Of a DNA stretch of 64,000 nucleotides, positions 47,014 to 55,697 are shown in pieces. The stretch lies in the NCBI GenBank assembly GCA_964461055.1, contig CAYWSG010000005.1:20206-84205 (forward strand), given 5' to 3'. Both the position numbers and the translations under genes were made by a program. The stretch is from an uncultured Enterobacteriaceae bacterium. GTDB lineage: Bacteria; Pseudomonadota; Gammaproteobacteria; Burkholderiales; SG8-39. Under the pieces are notes generated by a model that saw only the letters and a list, made by a program, of their open reading frames with translations, did not search any database and was not told the origin of the DNA. Position 1 is the stretch's first letter, and every line of letters starts with the position of its first letter.

Positions 47014-48086
47014 GCGGGATCGAACCTCCGCATGGCGAGGCCGCACGCCACGATGAGCGAGGGCGCATCGGACATGAGTCGCTTCAGCTGGATGCGCGGA
47101 GAGGTCTGCATCGAGGCAAACGGGTTTGCGACCGAAGTGGGCACTTGCGCCCGCGTATTCACGATCTCCTCCAGGCCGGGAATGACGGCGGAGCCGCCGG
47201 CCAGCAGGATGTGGTCGACGCTGTGGTACGCGGTCGAAGTGAAGAAGAACTGCAGCGCGCGCTGGATCTCCTGGGAGAGGTTCTCCATGAACGGCCGCAG
47301 GACCTCGGCATCGAAGTCGTCGGGAAGCCCGCCGTTGCGCTTCGCGTTCTCGGCCTCTTCGGGGCTCATGCCGTACCGGCTGACGATGTCCTGCGTGAGC
47401 TGGTTGCCGCCGAAGGCCTGCTCGCGGCTGTAGACAGACTGGTCGTTCCTCAGGACGCTGACGTTCATGACGTTCGCGCCGATGTCCACGACGGCGATGT
47501 TCTGGTCCTTCCCGCCGCCGGGGAGCTGCTGGACGACCAGCGCGAGGCTCGCCTGCTGCGCAAACGACTCTACGTCCATGACCAGGGCCTTGAGTCCGGC
47601 GGACTCGGCGACCGCCACCCGGTCCTCGACCTTCTCCTTGCGCGTGGCGGCAATGAGCACTTCCTGCTCGTCGGGGCTCGCGGGCGAGGGACCGAGGATC
47701 TGGAAATCGAGGTTCACTTCCTCCAGCGCGAAGGGAATGTACTGGTTCGCCTCGCCCTCGACCTGGATCTCGAGCTCTTCCTCGCGCAGCGCGCCGTTGA
47801 CGACGATCTTCTTCGTAATGACGGCGCCCGAGGGCACCGCCATGGCCACGTGCTTCGTGCGCGTGCCGAGACGCTTGTAGGCGCGCTTGACGGACTCCGT
47901 GACGGCCTCGAGGTTGTTGATGTTGCCATCGACGATGGCATCGCGCGGCAGCGCTTCGATCGCGTAGCGCTCGACGCGCAACTGTCCCTTCCCCGCGTCG
48001 ACGATCTCAAGCATCTTGACGGACGACGAACTGATGTCCAGACCGAAGAGCGGCGGCGCCTTTGGCTTGAAAAGGTCGAACTGCAC
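47010..48086 (-). CDS. pilM: Type IV pilus assembly protein PilM
   Basis: GLDISSSSVKMLE, QYIPFALEEVNLDF, REQAFGGNQLT, LAGG, CGLAMR. GTG start. Confidence 0.95.
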   Translation of the reverse strand: MQFDLFKPKAPPLFGLDISSSSVKMLEIVDAGKGQLRVERYAIEALPRDAIVDGNINNLEAVTESVKRAYKRLGTRTKHVAMAVPSGAVITKKIVVNGALREEELEIQVEGEANQYIPFALEEVNLDFQILGPSPASPDEQEVLIAATRKEKVEDRVAVAESAGLKALVMDVESFAQQASLALVVQQLPGGGKDQNIAVVDIGANVMNVSVLRNDQSVYSREQAFGGNQLTQDIVSRYGMSPEEAENAKRNGGLPDDFDAEVLRPFMENLSQEIQRALQFFFTSTAYHSVDHILLAGGSAVIPGLEEIVNTRAQVPTSVANPFASMQTSPRIQLKRLMSDAPSLIVACGLAMRRFDPA

Positions 48087-48259
48087 TTATTTTCCCCTTT
48101 TCGTATCGGCTCTTAGGCACGATACGTAGAATTGGCGTTAAATCCTAGCAACAACCCCCCTAGGTGTCTAGTTAATTTTCCACGGGGACCTCGGGGTATC
48201 ATTTCGCTCGTTCTTCCGCGCTTGCGCAACAGCACCCGGCACAAGGTCCAAATCCCTTG

Positions 48260-50578
48260 ATGTGGCTTCGTTTTCTGGCCGTTCCGCTGGCCGTTCTGGC
48301 CGGCCTCGGAATCACCGGCCTGCTCGTCGCGGGTCTCGTGCTCGCCCTCGCTTTCCCGAACCTGCCTTCCCTCGAGGCCCTGACCGAGTACCAGCCGAAG
48401 ATCCCGCTGCGGATCTACACGGCCGAAGGCACGCTGATCGGCGAGTTCGGGGAGGAGCGCCGGGCGGTGGTGTCCATCGACGAGGTCCCTGCCGCGCTGA
48501 AGAACGCGATCATCGCCGCCGAGGACGAGCGCTTCTACGAGCACGCCGGCATCGACTATCTCGGCGTGCTTCGCGCCGCCTACGCGAACCTGGTTGCCGG
48601 CGGCAGGCGCCAGGGGGCGAGCACCATCACCATGCAGGTGGCCCGCAACTTCTTTCTTTCCTCGGAAAAGACGCTGACGCGCAAGCTCTACGAGGCCATG
48701 CTCGCCTTCAAGATCGAGCACAGCCTTTCCAAGGACAAGATCCTCGAGCTCTACATCAACCAGATCTACCTGGGCCAGCGGGCGTACGGCTTTGCGGCGG
48801 CGGCTCAGACCTACTATGGCAAGGCGCTCAACGAGCTCACGCTTCCGGAAGTCGCCATGCTGGCGGGCCTGCCCAAGGCGCCCTCGCTCTATAACCCGGT
48901 CGCCAATCCTCAGCGTGCCAAGCAGCGCCAGCAGTACGTGCTGCGCCGCATGCTCGAGCTCGGTCACATCACGCAGGCGGAACACGACTTCGCCGTCAAA
49001 GCGCCAGTTCGGGCTGCGAAGCAGGGAAATGAGTACTCACTCCACGCCGAGTACATTTCCGAGATGGTCCGCCAGGCGATCGCCGAGCAGTACCCGGAAG
49101 ACGTCTACAGCAGGGGCTTTCGCGTCTACACGACGATCCGGGCGGCGGAGCAGGAGGCCGCCTACGAGGCGGTTCGCAAGGGGGTGCTGGAGTACGACCG
49201 GCGCCAGGGCTACCGCGGCCCCGAGAGCTACGTAAAGCTGCCGGCCGAGCCGGCGGCCGAGGACTTCGACGAAGCGCTCGCCGAGTTCGACGACAGCGAT
49301 GACATCCTCGCTGCGGTGGTGCTCTCGTCCTCAACGCGCAAGGTCGAGGCGGCGCTGAGGAACGGCGACAAGGTCACGATTACCGGCGAAGGTCTTCGTT
49401 TTGCGTCCTCGCACCTGCCCGCGAAGGGCGTGCAGCGGCCGATCCGCAGGGGCGCCGTGATCCGGGTGCAGCGCGAGGGCAAGTCCTGGCACATCGCGCA
49501 GCTTCCGCAGGTCGAAGCGGCTTTCATCGCGCTCGATCCGATCGACGGCGCCGTCCGGGCGCTGGTCGGCGGCTTCGATTTCTGGCGCAACCGCTTCAAT
49601 CACGTTACGCAGGCGTGGCGCCAGCCCGGCTCGTCGTTCAAGCCGTTCATCTATTCCGCGTCTCTCGAGAAAGGGTTCACGGCCGCCACCGTGGTCCCCG
49701 ACGAGCCGGTGGTCCTAGAGGCCGAGCAAACGGGCAGCCAGCGCTGGGAGCCGCGCAATTACGACGAGAAGTTCGAAGGTCCCATGCGCCTGCGCACGGC
49801 GCTCGCCAAGTCTAAAAACATGGTCTCGATCCGGGTGCTCGAGGCCATCGGCCCGAAGTATGCGCAGGACTACATCACGCGCTTCGGCTTCGACGCGGAC
49901 AAGCATCCGCCATATCTCACCATGGCGCTCGGGGCCGGCTCGGCGACCGCGTGGCAGATGGCGCGCGCCTATGCCGTCTTCGCCAATGGCGGCTACCTGG
50001 TCGAGCCGTATTTCATCCAGAAGATCGTCGACGACCGCGGCAACGCCATCGCGCTCGCCAATCCGCGCCGGGCGGGCGACCCCGCGCTCCGGGTCATCGA
50101 TCCGCGCAACGCGTTCATCATGGACAACATGCTGCAGGACGTGACCCGGTACGGCACCGCCGCGCGCCTTGCGCGCCTCGGGCGAAACGACCTCGCCGGC
50201 AAGACGGGGACGACCAACGAGTTCGTGGACGCGTGGTTCGCGGGCTATCACCCGGGACTCGTCGGCGTCGCCTGGGTGGGCTACGACCAGCCGAAGACCC
50301 TCGGCCGGCGCCAGACCGGCAGCTCGGTCGCGCTTCCCGTCTGGTCGAGCTTCATGGAGCGCGCGCTGAAGGACGTGCCGGAGATCCCCCGCACGGTGCC
50401 CGACGGGATCGTGAGCGTGCCGCTGGGACCCCTGCCTGGCGCGACGGAGGCGGGAAATCCGGTGCCGGAGTTCTTCTACCGCGAGTCGGTTCCGCCCCCC
50501 GACATCCTCAATCCGCCGCTGGAGCCGGTGCCGCAGTCGCCCGCGGCGCTTCCGGTCGTCCCACTCTTCACGAACTAG
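48260..50578 (+). CDS. mrcA: Penicillin-binding protein 1A
   Basis: AAEDERFYEH, QGASTITMQVARN, RKLYE, RQPGSSFKP (SxxK), SKN, GKTGTTN. Confidence 0.95.
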   Translation: MWLRFLAVPLAVLAGLGITGLLVAGLVLALAFPNLPSLEALTEYQPKIPLRIYTAEGTLIGEFGEERRAVVSIDEVPAALKNAIIAAEDERFYEHAGIDYLGVLRAAYANLVAGGRRQGASTITMQVARNFFLSSEKTLTRKLYEAMLAFKIEHSLSKDKILELYINQIYLGQRAYGFAAAAQTYYGKALNELTLPEVAMLAGLPKAPSLYNPVANPQRAKQRQQYVLRRMLELGHITQAEHDFAVKAPVRAAKQGNEYSLHAEYISEMVRQAIAEQYPEDVYSRGFRVYTTIRAAEQEAAYEAVRKGVLEYDRRQGYRGPESYVKLPAEPAAEDFDEALAEFDDSDDILAAVVLSSSTRKVEAALRNGDKVTITGEGLRFASSHLPAKGVQRPIRRGAVIRVQREGKSWHIAQLPQVEAAFIALDPIDGAVRALVGGFDFWRNRFNHVTQAWRQPGSSFKPFIYSASLEKGFTAATVVPDEPVVLEAEQTGSQRWEPRNYDEKFEGPMRLRTALAKSKNMVSIRVLEAIGPKYAQDYITRFGFDADKHPPYLTMALGAGSATAWQMARAYAVFANGGYLVEPYFIQKIVDDRGNAIALANPRRAGDPALRVIDPRNAFIMDNMLQDVTRYGTAARLARLGRNDLAGKTGTTNEFVDAWFAGYHPGLVGVAWVGYDQPKTLGRRQTGSSVALPVWSSFMERALKDVPEIPRTVPDGIVSVPLGPLPGATEAGNPVPEFFYRESVPPPDILNPPLEPVPQSPAALPVVPLFTN

Positions 50579-50907
50579 GGCGCTCGGGGCGGCGCGAGCA
50601 GCACCGGCTCGCCCGCCTGGGACGAGACGAGCTTCGAAAGGAGCGCGAAGAGCTCGCGGTTCTCCCGCGTATCCCGCCATGCCTCGCCGTTCCAGCGCAG
50701 ATGGAAGCCACCCTCCCGGGCGGCGATCCAGAGCTCGCCGGCCGCGCTGTGACGGTTGACGACGATCTTCGAGCCGTCCGCGAAACCGAGCTCGATGACC
50801 CCATCGCCCTTTTCCTCGACGTCGACGTCGAGGTCCGTTGCTTCTATGGCGGCGCGCACGTGCTCCAGTGCCTCTTCCGCGAGCGCCTCGAAATTGGACG
50901 GCCTCAT
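50575..50907 (-). CDS. cyaY: Frataxin-like iron donor CyaY
   Basis: DGVIELGFADGSKIVVNRHSAAGELWIAAREGGFH. Confidence 0.92.
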   Translation of the reverse strand: MRPSNFEALAEEALEHVRAAIEATDLDVDVEEKGDGVIELGFADGSKIVVNRHSAAGELWIAAREGGFHLRWNGEAWRDTRENRELFALLSKLVSSQAGEPVLLAPPRAP

Positions 50908-50966
50908 GTGTCGTAACCCCGCGTGTTAACATGAAAATTGTACTTTCCCGCAGGCCTCGGCACGAC

Positions 50967-51140
50967 ATGCGGCTCCGCTTTCTAGCCTTGATGCTTCTCG
51001 TGGGAGCAACCGCCTGCGGCCAACGAGGAGATCTCTTCCTGCGCGAGAATCCGCCGCCCGGCTACCGCCCGCCGGCAGAGCAGTTCGAGCTGGTGCCTTA
51101 TCCAGAGGACATCTTGCCGCCCGAGCAGCAGCAGAAGTGA
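50967..51140 (+). CDS. lptM: LptM/YifL-type small lipoprotein
   Basis: MRLRFLALMLLVGATA-CGQRGDLFL lipobox. Conserved position between cyaY and lysA, with a GTGA overlap with lysA. Confidence 0.8.
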   Translation: MRLRFLALMLLVGATACGQRGDLFLRENPPPGYRPPAEQFELVPYPEDILPPEQQQK

Positions 51141-52381
51141 CAACGCCGATCGGTTATCGCGACGGCCTCCTTTGCGTGGAGGCGGTTTCCCTCGAGGCCA
51201 TCGCCGAGCGCCATGGCACGCCCTGCTACGTCTACTCTGCCGCGGCGATAGAGGCCGCGTACCGCGAGTACGAGCAGGCTCTGCGCGGACACGCGGCGCT
51301 CGTGTGCTATTCGGTCAAGGCGAACTCAAACCTCGCCGTGCTGGCGCTCCTCGCCCGGCTCGGCGCCGGCTTCGATATCGTCTCGGGCGGCGAGCTCGCG
51401 CGAGTGCTCGCCGCCGGCGGCGACCCCACCAAAGTGCTCTTCTCCGGCGTAGGCAAGAGCGAAGCGGAGATCGAGCAGGCGATTTCCTCCAACGTCGGCT
51501 GCATCAACGTCGAATCCGCCCCCGAGCTCGAGCGCGTCGACCGGATCGCGCAGCGCCTGCGGCGCCGGGCGCCGATTGCCCTGCGAATCAATCCGGACAT
51601 CGACGCGCGCACGCATCCCTACATCTCCACCGGTCTGCGCGAAAACAAGTTCGGGGTGGCCTTCGAGGAAGCCGAAGCCCTGTACCGGCGGGCAGCCTCG
51701 CTTGCCGGCCTCGAGGTCGTCGGCATCGGTTGCCACATCGGCTCGCAGCTCCTCAGCGCCGCGCCGCTCGCCGAGGCGGTCGGCCGTATCGCCGCGCTCG
51801 CCGACCGGCTGGCGGCGGGGGGACTCAGGCTTCGCCACATCGACATCGGCGGCGGCATCGGCATCCGCTACAAGGACGAGCGGCCCGAGCCGATCGGAGC
51901 GTTCCTCGATGCCGCGCTCGGCGTGCTGGCCGGCCGCAGCGAGACCATCGTCGTCGACCCCGGGCGCTCGATCGTCGGCAACGCCGGCGTGCTCCTGACG
52001 CGCGTCGAGTACGTGAAGCGCGGCACGGCGCGGAGCTTCCTCGTCGTCGACGCCGCCATGAACGACCTCCTGAGGCCGGCGCTGTACGGCGCCTGGCACG
52101 ACGTGCGGCCGGTACGGCAGCGCTTGGACGCGCCGCCGGCGACGTTCGACGTCGTCGGTCCGGTGTGCGAAAGCGGCGACTTCCTCGCGAAGGAGCGCGC
52201 GCTGGCCGCCGCGGAGGGCGATCTCCTGGCGATCCTGTCCGCCGGCGCCTACGGGATGTCGATGAGCTCCAACTACAACTCTCGCCCGCGCCCCGCGGAA
52301 GTGCTGGTCGAAGGCAGCCGCTTCCGCCTGGTCCGGCAACGCGAGCCGGTCGCGTCGCTTTTTGCGCTGGAGTCGACGTGA
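51137..52381 (+). CDS. lysA: Diaminopimelate decarboxylase
   Basis: GTPCYVYS, YSVKANSN, FDIVSGGEL, HIGSQ, VGPVCESGD, GAYGMSMSSNYN. Confidence 0.96.
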   Translation: MTTPIGYRDGLLCVEAVSLEAIAERHGTPCYVYSAAAIEAAYREYEQALRGHAALVCYSVKANSNLAVLALLARLGAGFDIVSGGELARVLAAGGDPTKVLFSGVGKSEAEIEQAISSNVGCINVESAPELERVDRIAQRLRRRAPIALRINPDIDARTHPYISTGLRENKFGVAFEEAEALYRRAASLAGLEVVGIGCHIGSQLLSAAPLAEAVGRIAALADRLAAGGLRLRHIDIGGGIGIRYKDERPEPIGAFLDAALGVLAGRSETIVVDPGRSIVGNAGVLLTRVEYVKRGTARSFLVVDAAMNDLLRPALYGAWHDVRPVRQRLDAPPATFDVVGPVCESGDFLAKERALAAAEGDLLAILSAGAYGMSMSSNYNSRPRPAEVLVEGSRFRLVRQREPVASLFALEST

Positions 52382-52428
52382 GCGAGCCGGCGCCGGCGAA
52401 CGAATGCTTCCGGGAGGAATACTGAGCG

Positions 52429-53208
52429 ATGCCGAACCACGATACCCGCAGCCTTGCCGTGTTCTGCGACTTCGAGAACGTCGCGCTGGGCGTGCGCGAG
52501 GCCCGCTATGCCCAGTTCGACATGAACAAGGTGCTCGAGCGCCTGCTCGCGAAGGGCTCCATCGTCGTGAAGAAGGCGTATTGCGACTGGGAGCGCTACA
52601 AGGAGTTCAAGACGGTGATGCACTCGGCGGCCTTCGAGCTGATCGAGATCCCGCACGTTCGCCAGTCGGGCAAGAACTCGGCCGACATCCGCATGGTGGT
52701 GGATGCGCTCGATCTCTGCTACACGAAGGCGCACGTCGACACTTTCGTCATCGTGAGCGGCGACTCGGACTTCTCCCCGCTCGTGTCCAAGCTGCGCGAG
52801 AACGCGAAGACCGTGATCGGCGTGGGCGTGAAGAATTCGAGCTCCGATCTGCTCATCGCGAACTGCGACGAGTTCATCTACTACGACGACCTCGTGCGAC
52901 AGGACGAGCAGAAGCGGCGAGCGGCGAAAAGGCGCAAGGAGGCGGCACCGGCCGCCGAAGACAAGAAGCAGGAGGCCTTCGACCAGATCATCGGCACGCT
53001 CGATGCGCTGATCGCCGAGCGGGGCGCCGAGGAAAAGATCTGGGGCTCCATGGTGAAGCAGGCCCTCAAGCGCCGCAATCCGGGCTTCAACGAATCCTAT
53101 TATGGCTTCCGTGCGTTCTCGGACCTCCTCGAAGAAGCGGAAAAGAAAGGCCTCATCCGGCTCGAGCCCGACGAGAAGTCGGGCGGCTACGTCGTTCTCC
53201 CCGCCTAG
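52429..53208 (+). CDS. NYN-domain (LabA/DUF88) protein with C-terminal OST-HTH/LOTUS
   Basis: FCDFEN, KNSADIRMVVDA, SGDSDFSPL; C-terminal KQALKRRNPGFNESYYGFRAFSDLLE. Confidence 0.88.
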   Translation: MPNHDTRSLAVFCDFENVALGVREARYAQFDMNKVLERLLAKGSIVVKKAYCDWERYKEFKTVMHSAAFELIEIPHVRQSGKNSADIRMVVDALDLCYTKAHVDTFVIVSGDSDFSPLVSKLRENAKTVIGVGVKNSSSDLLIANCDEFIYYDDLVRQDEQKRRAAKRRKEAAPAAEDKKQEAFDQIIGTLDALIAERGAEEKIWGSMVKQALKRRNPGFNESYYGFRAFSDLLEEAEKKGLIRLEPDEKSGGYVVLPA

Positions 53209-53800
53209 CCGGGAAGCCGTCGCGGCGGCGGCAGGGCGCGGGCTCCGGGACCTGATCGGCCCGGACCTCGAGGTCGTCTTCTGCGGCATCAATCCCGGCC
53301 TTTATTCCGCAGCTACCGGCCATCACTTCGCGCGGCCGGGCAACCGCTTCTGGCCGGCGCTGCATGCGAGCGGCTTCACGCCGCGGCGGCTGCACCCCTC
53401 GGAGGAGGCGCAGCTCCTGCGCCTCGGCTACGGGCTCACGAACCTGGTGAACCGCGCCACCGCCAGCGCCGACGAGCTCTCGCAGGAGGAGCTCCGGCGC
53501 GGCGCCGAGCGGCTGCGTCGGAAGGTGCGTCGCTGGCGGCCGCGCACGGTGGCGTTTCTGGGCCTGGGCGCCTATCGGCTCGCGTTCGGCCGTGCCAAGG
53601 CGACGCTCGGGGAGCAGCAGGAGCGCCTCGCCTGTGCCCGCGTGTGGGTCCTGCCTAGCCCGAGCGGCCTTAATGCGAACTATCAGATGGCGGCGCTCGT
53701 CGAACTGTTTCGTGCCCTCAGACGCTCCGCATGGAACCCGCCAAGAATCACGACCTCCACGGCAGTGCGCCCGACAGGTCGCCGGTCGCCCTCCTCCTGA
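53102..53800 (+). CDS. mug: G/U mismatch-specific DNA glycosylase (start uncertain)
   Basis: VFCGINPG, GHHFARPGNRFWPALH, GLTNLV, VLPSPSGLN. The only upstream ATG (53102) lies inside the NYN gene. Confidence 0.85.
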   Translation: MASVRSRTSSKKRKRKASSGSSPTRSRAATSFSPPSREAVAAAAGRGLRDLIGPDLEVVFCGINPGLYSAATGHHFARPGNRFWPALHASGFTPRRLHPSEEAQLLRLGYGLTNLVNRATASADELSQEELRRGAERLRRKVRRWRPRTVAFLGLGAYRLAFGRAKATLGEQQERLACARVWVLPSPSGLNANYQMAALVELFRALRRSAWNPPRITTSTAVRPTGRRSPSS

Positions 53801-54351
53801 TCGACTTCATCAATGACTTCCAATTCGAGGGCGGCCAGGCGATGTTCGACCGGGCCCTCGCCGCGGCCCAGGCGACCGCGACGCTGCGCACGCGGGCCAG
53901 GCGAAGCGGGGTGCCAGTCGTCTATTGCAACGACAACTTCGGCCGCTGGCGCTCCGACTTCCGGTCGCAGCTGGAGCATTGCCTGCGCGGGAGCGTGCGC
54001 GGAAGGCGCATCGCCGAGCTGCTGCGGCCCGACGAGCGGGACTACTTCGTCCTGAAGCCCAAGCACTCCGGCTTTCATTCCACGACCCTGGAGGTGCTGC
54101 TCGCGTACCTCGGCGTCCGTCGTCTCGTGCTCACGGGCGTCGCGGGCAACTTCTGCGTCCTCTTTACCGCGCATGACGCCTACATGCGCGACTTCGACCT
54201 GCTCGTGCCGCGCGACTGCATCGCCTCGCAGACCGCGGACGACGACGACTACGCGCTGCGCCACCTCGAGAGCGTCTGCAAGGCAGACACGCGGCCCTCC
54301 GCCGCGATCGACTTCGAGGCGCTCTTGCGCGAGCGCCCGGCGCCCGCCTGA
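53731..54351 (+). CDS. Isochorismatase-family cysteine hydrolase
   Basis: LLLIDFINDF, LKPKHSGF, GVAGNFCV (D-K-C triad), AHDAYMRD. Confidence 0.88.
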   Translation: MEPAKNHDLHGSAPDRSPVALLLIDFINDFQFEGGQAMFDRALAAAQATATLRTRARRSGVPVVYCNDNFGRWRSDFRSQLEHCLRGSVRGRRIAELLRPDERDYFVLKPKHSGFHSTTLEVLLAYLGVRRLVLTGVAGNFCVLFTAHDAYMRDFDLLVPRDCIASQTADDDDYALRHLESVCKADTRPSAAIDFEALLRERPAPA

Positions 54352-54360
54352 TCCGGCAGG

Positions 54361-55137
54361 CTATGGATTGAGCTGCCGGTAGACCGCGTCGGAGACCTTG
54401 AGGAGGTCGTCCTTGCTGATGTCGGCGGAGGAAAGGGCGTAGCCGAGCTTGCGATCGACCCAGTAGAAGACGCGCACGTTGCCTTCCTGCGCGTAGCGAA
54501 ATGCCGTCTCTGCGTTGTTGCGCGCTTCCGTTCGCACATAGAGCGTGATGCGCGTGCCGCGCGGGCACTGGTACATGAACTGCGCGACCGGTCCGGAGTC
54601 GCCGGGCAGGAGCCGGCCCCCGACGAGACTGTAGCCAACTTCCTCGAGGCGCGGCGCCCGCACCGGCGCACCAAGTCGCTTGGAGAGCCACGCGACGAGG
54701 TGGGCCTCCTGGTCGGCGCCCACTTCCACCGGGTGGCGCACTTCGGGCGAGTAGGTGGCGTGCGCCACGGCCGCGCGGCGCGCCATGGTCACGCCGGCGT
54801 CCGCGGGGCCCGTGCTGCGCGCACCGTGCAGGTGCCAGCCCGCGAGCGAGCCGAGCGCGATGCCGAGCGCGACGAGGGCCGCCGCCCGTGCCGCGCGGCG
54901 AAGCGGCAGCCGGGGCCGCGCCGTCGCGCGCTCCAGGCTCTGCGGAACCGGCTCGGATAGGATCGGCTCGTAGAGCGCCCGCACCTCGTCGCACAGGCGC
55001 TTGAGCGACTCGACCCGCTCGGCCTCCTCCGGATGGGTGGCGAGCCACTCCTCGACGGCGGCGCGCCGCGCGGCAGAGAGGCGCCCGTCCACATAGGCCT
55101 GCAACTCGTTCTCGGTGATCCTGGCTTCTTCGCTCAT
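54361..55137 (-). CDS. Transmembrane anti-sigma factor (PrtR/ECF26-type)
   Basis: LQAYVDGRL N-terminus, one TM helix, periplasmic RHPVEV...HLVAWLSKRLG...LVGGRLLP...AQFMYQ...RITLYV. Confidence 0.88.
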   Translation of the reverse strand: MSEEARITENELQAYVDGRLSAARRAAVEEWLATHPEEAERVESLKRLCDEVRALYEPILSEPVPQSLERATARPRLPLRRAARAAALVALGIALGSLAGWHLHGARSTGPADAGVTMARRAAVAHATYSPEVRHPVEVGADQEAHLVAWLSKRLGAPVRAPRLEEVGYSLVGGRLLPGDSGPVAQFMYQCPRGTRITLYVRTEARNNAETAFRYAQEGNVRVFYWVDRKLGYALSSADISKDDLLKVSDAVYRQLNP

Positions 55138-55141
55138 CGCA

Positions 55142-55642
55142 TCACTTCACGACTTTCAGCTTGGCCCCGGGCGTAGTGCCGAGCATCATCTGGCGAAGCT
55201 TCTCGCGCGCACGCGAGAGCCGCGACATGACCGTCCCCATGGGGATGGAGAGCGTTCTTGCCACTTCCTCGTAGCTCATGTCCTCCAGCGTGACGAGAAG
55301 GAGCACGGCGCGCTGCTCGGGCGGAAGCAGGGCAATGGCGCGATCGAGATCGCGCACCACGAGCGCGTCGGCCTGCTGCGAGCGCTGGGCGAGCTCGGCC
55401 ATGTCCTCGTCGATGGTCTCGGTCGGCCGCATCGTGCGGCGCTTGTTGATATGGACGTTGTGCATCACGGTGAAAAGCCACGCGCGCAGATCCGTTCCCC
55501 GTCGGTACAGGTGCAGCTTCGCCCATGCGCGCTCCAGCGTGTCCTGGACCAGATCGTCGGCCGAAGCGCTGTCGCCGGCCAGCGCGCGAGCGTAGCGCCG
55601 CAGCCGCGGGATAAGCTCGACCAGGCGCTCGGCTTCGTTCAT
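55142..55642 (-). CDS. ECF RNA polymerase sigma factor (PrtI/ECF26-type)
   Basis: IPRLRRYARAL, ADDLVQDTLERA, LRAWLFTVMHN, GTVMSRLSRAR. Confidence 0.92.
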   Translation of the reverse strand: MNEAERLVELIPRLRRYARALAGDSASADDLVQDTLERAWAKLHLYRRGTDLRAWLFTVMHNVHINKRRTMRPTETIDEDMAELAQRSQQADALVVRDLDRAIALLPPEQRAVLLLVTLEDMSYEEVARTLSIPMGTVMSRLSRAREKLRQMMLGTTPGAKLKVVK

Positions 55643-55643
55643 G

Positions 55644-55673
55644 TAGAAACAGGCTCGCCGCTGCGGCTATTCC
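55644..55673 (-). promoter_or_regulatory. Predicted ECF autoregulatory promoter (GGAATA-N17-GTTTCTA)
   Basis: Minus strand GGAATA at 55673-55668 and GTT at 55650-55648, with the ATG at 55642. No SD. Confidence 0.65.
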
Positions 55674-55697
55674 ACCCTCACGGAGTGCTATTCCACG

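Noticed and set aside
50905-50969. Mirror-like ACGACA motifs before the divergent cyaY and lptM starts
   Set aside because: A 6-nt match at slightly different offsets; not distinguishable from chance.
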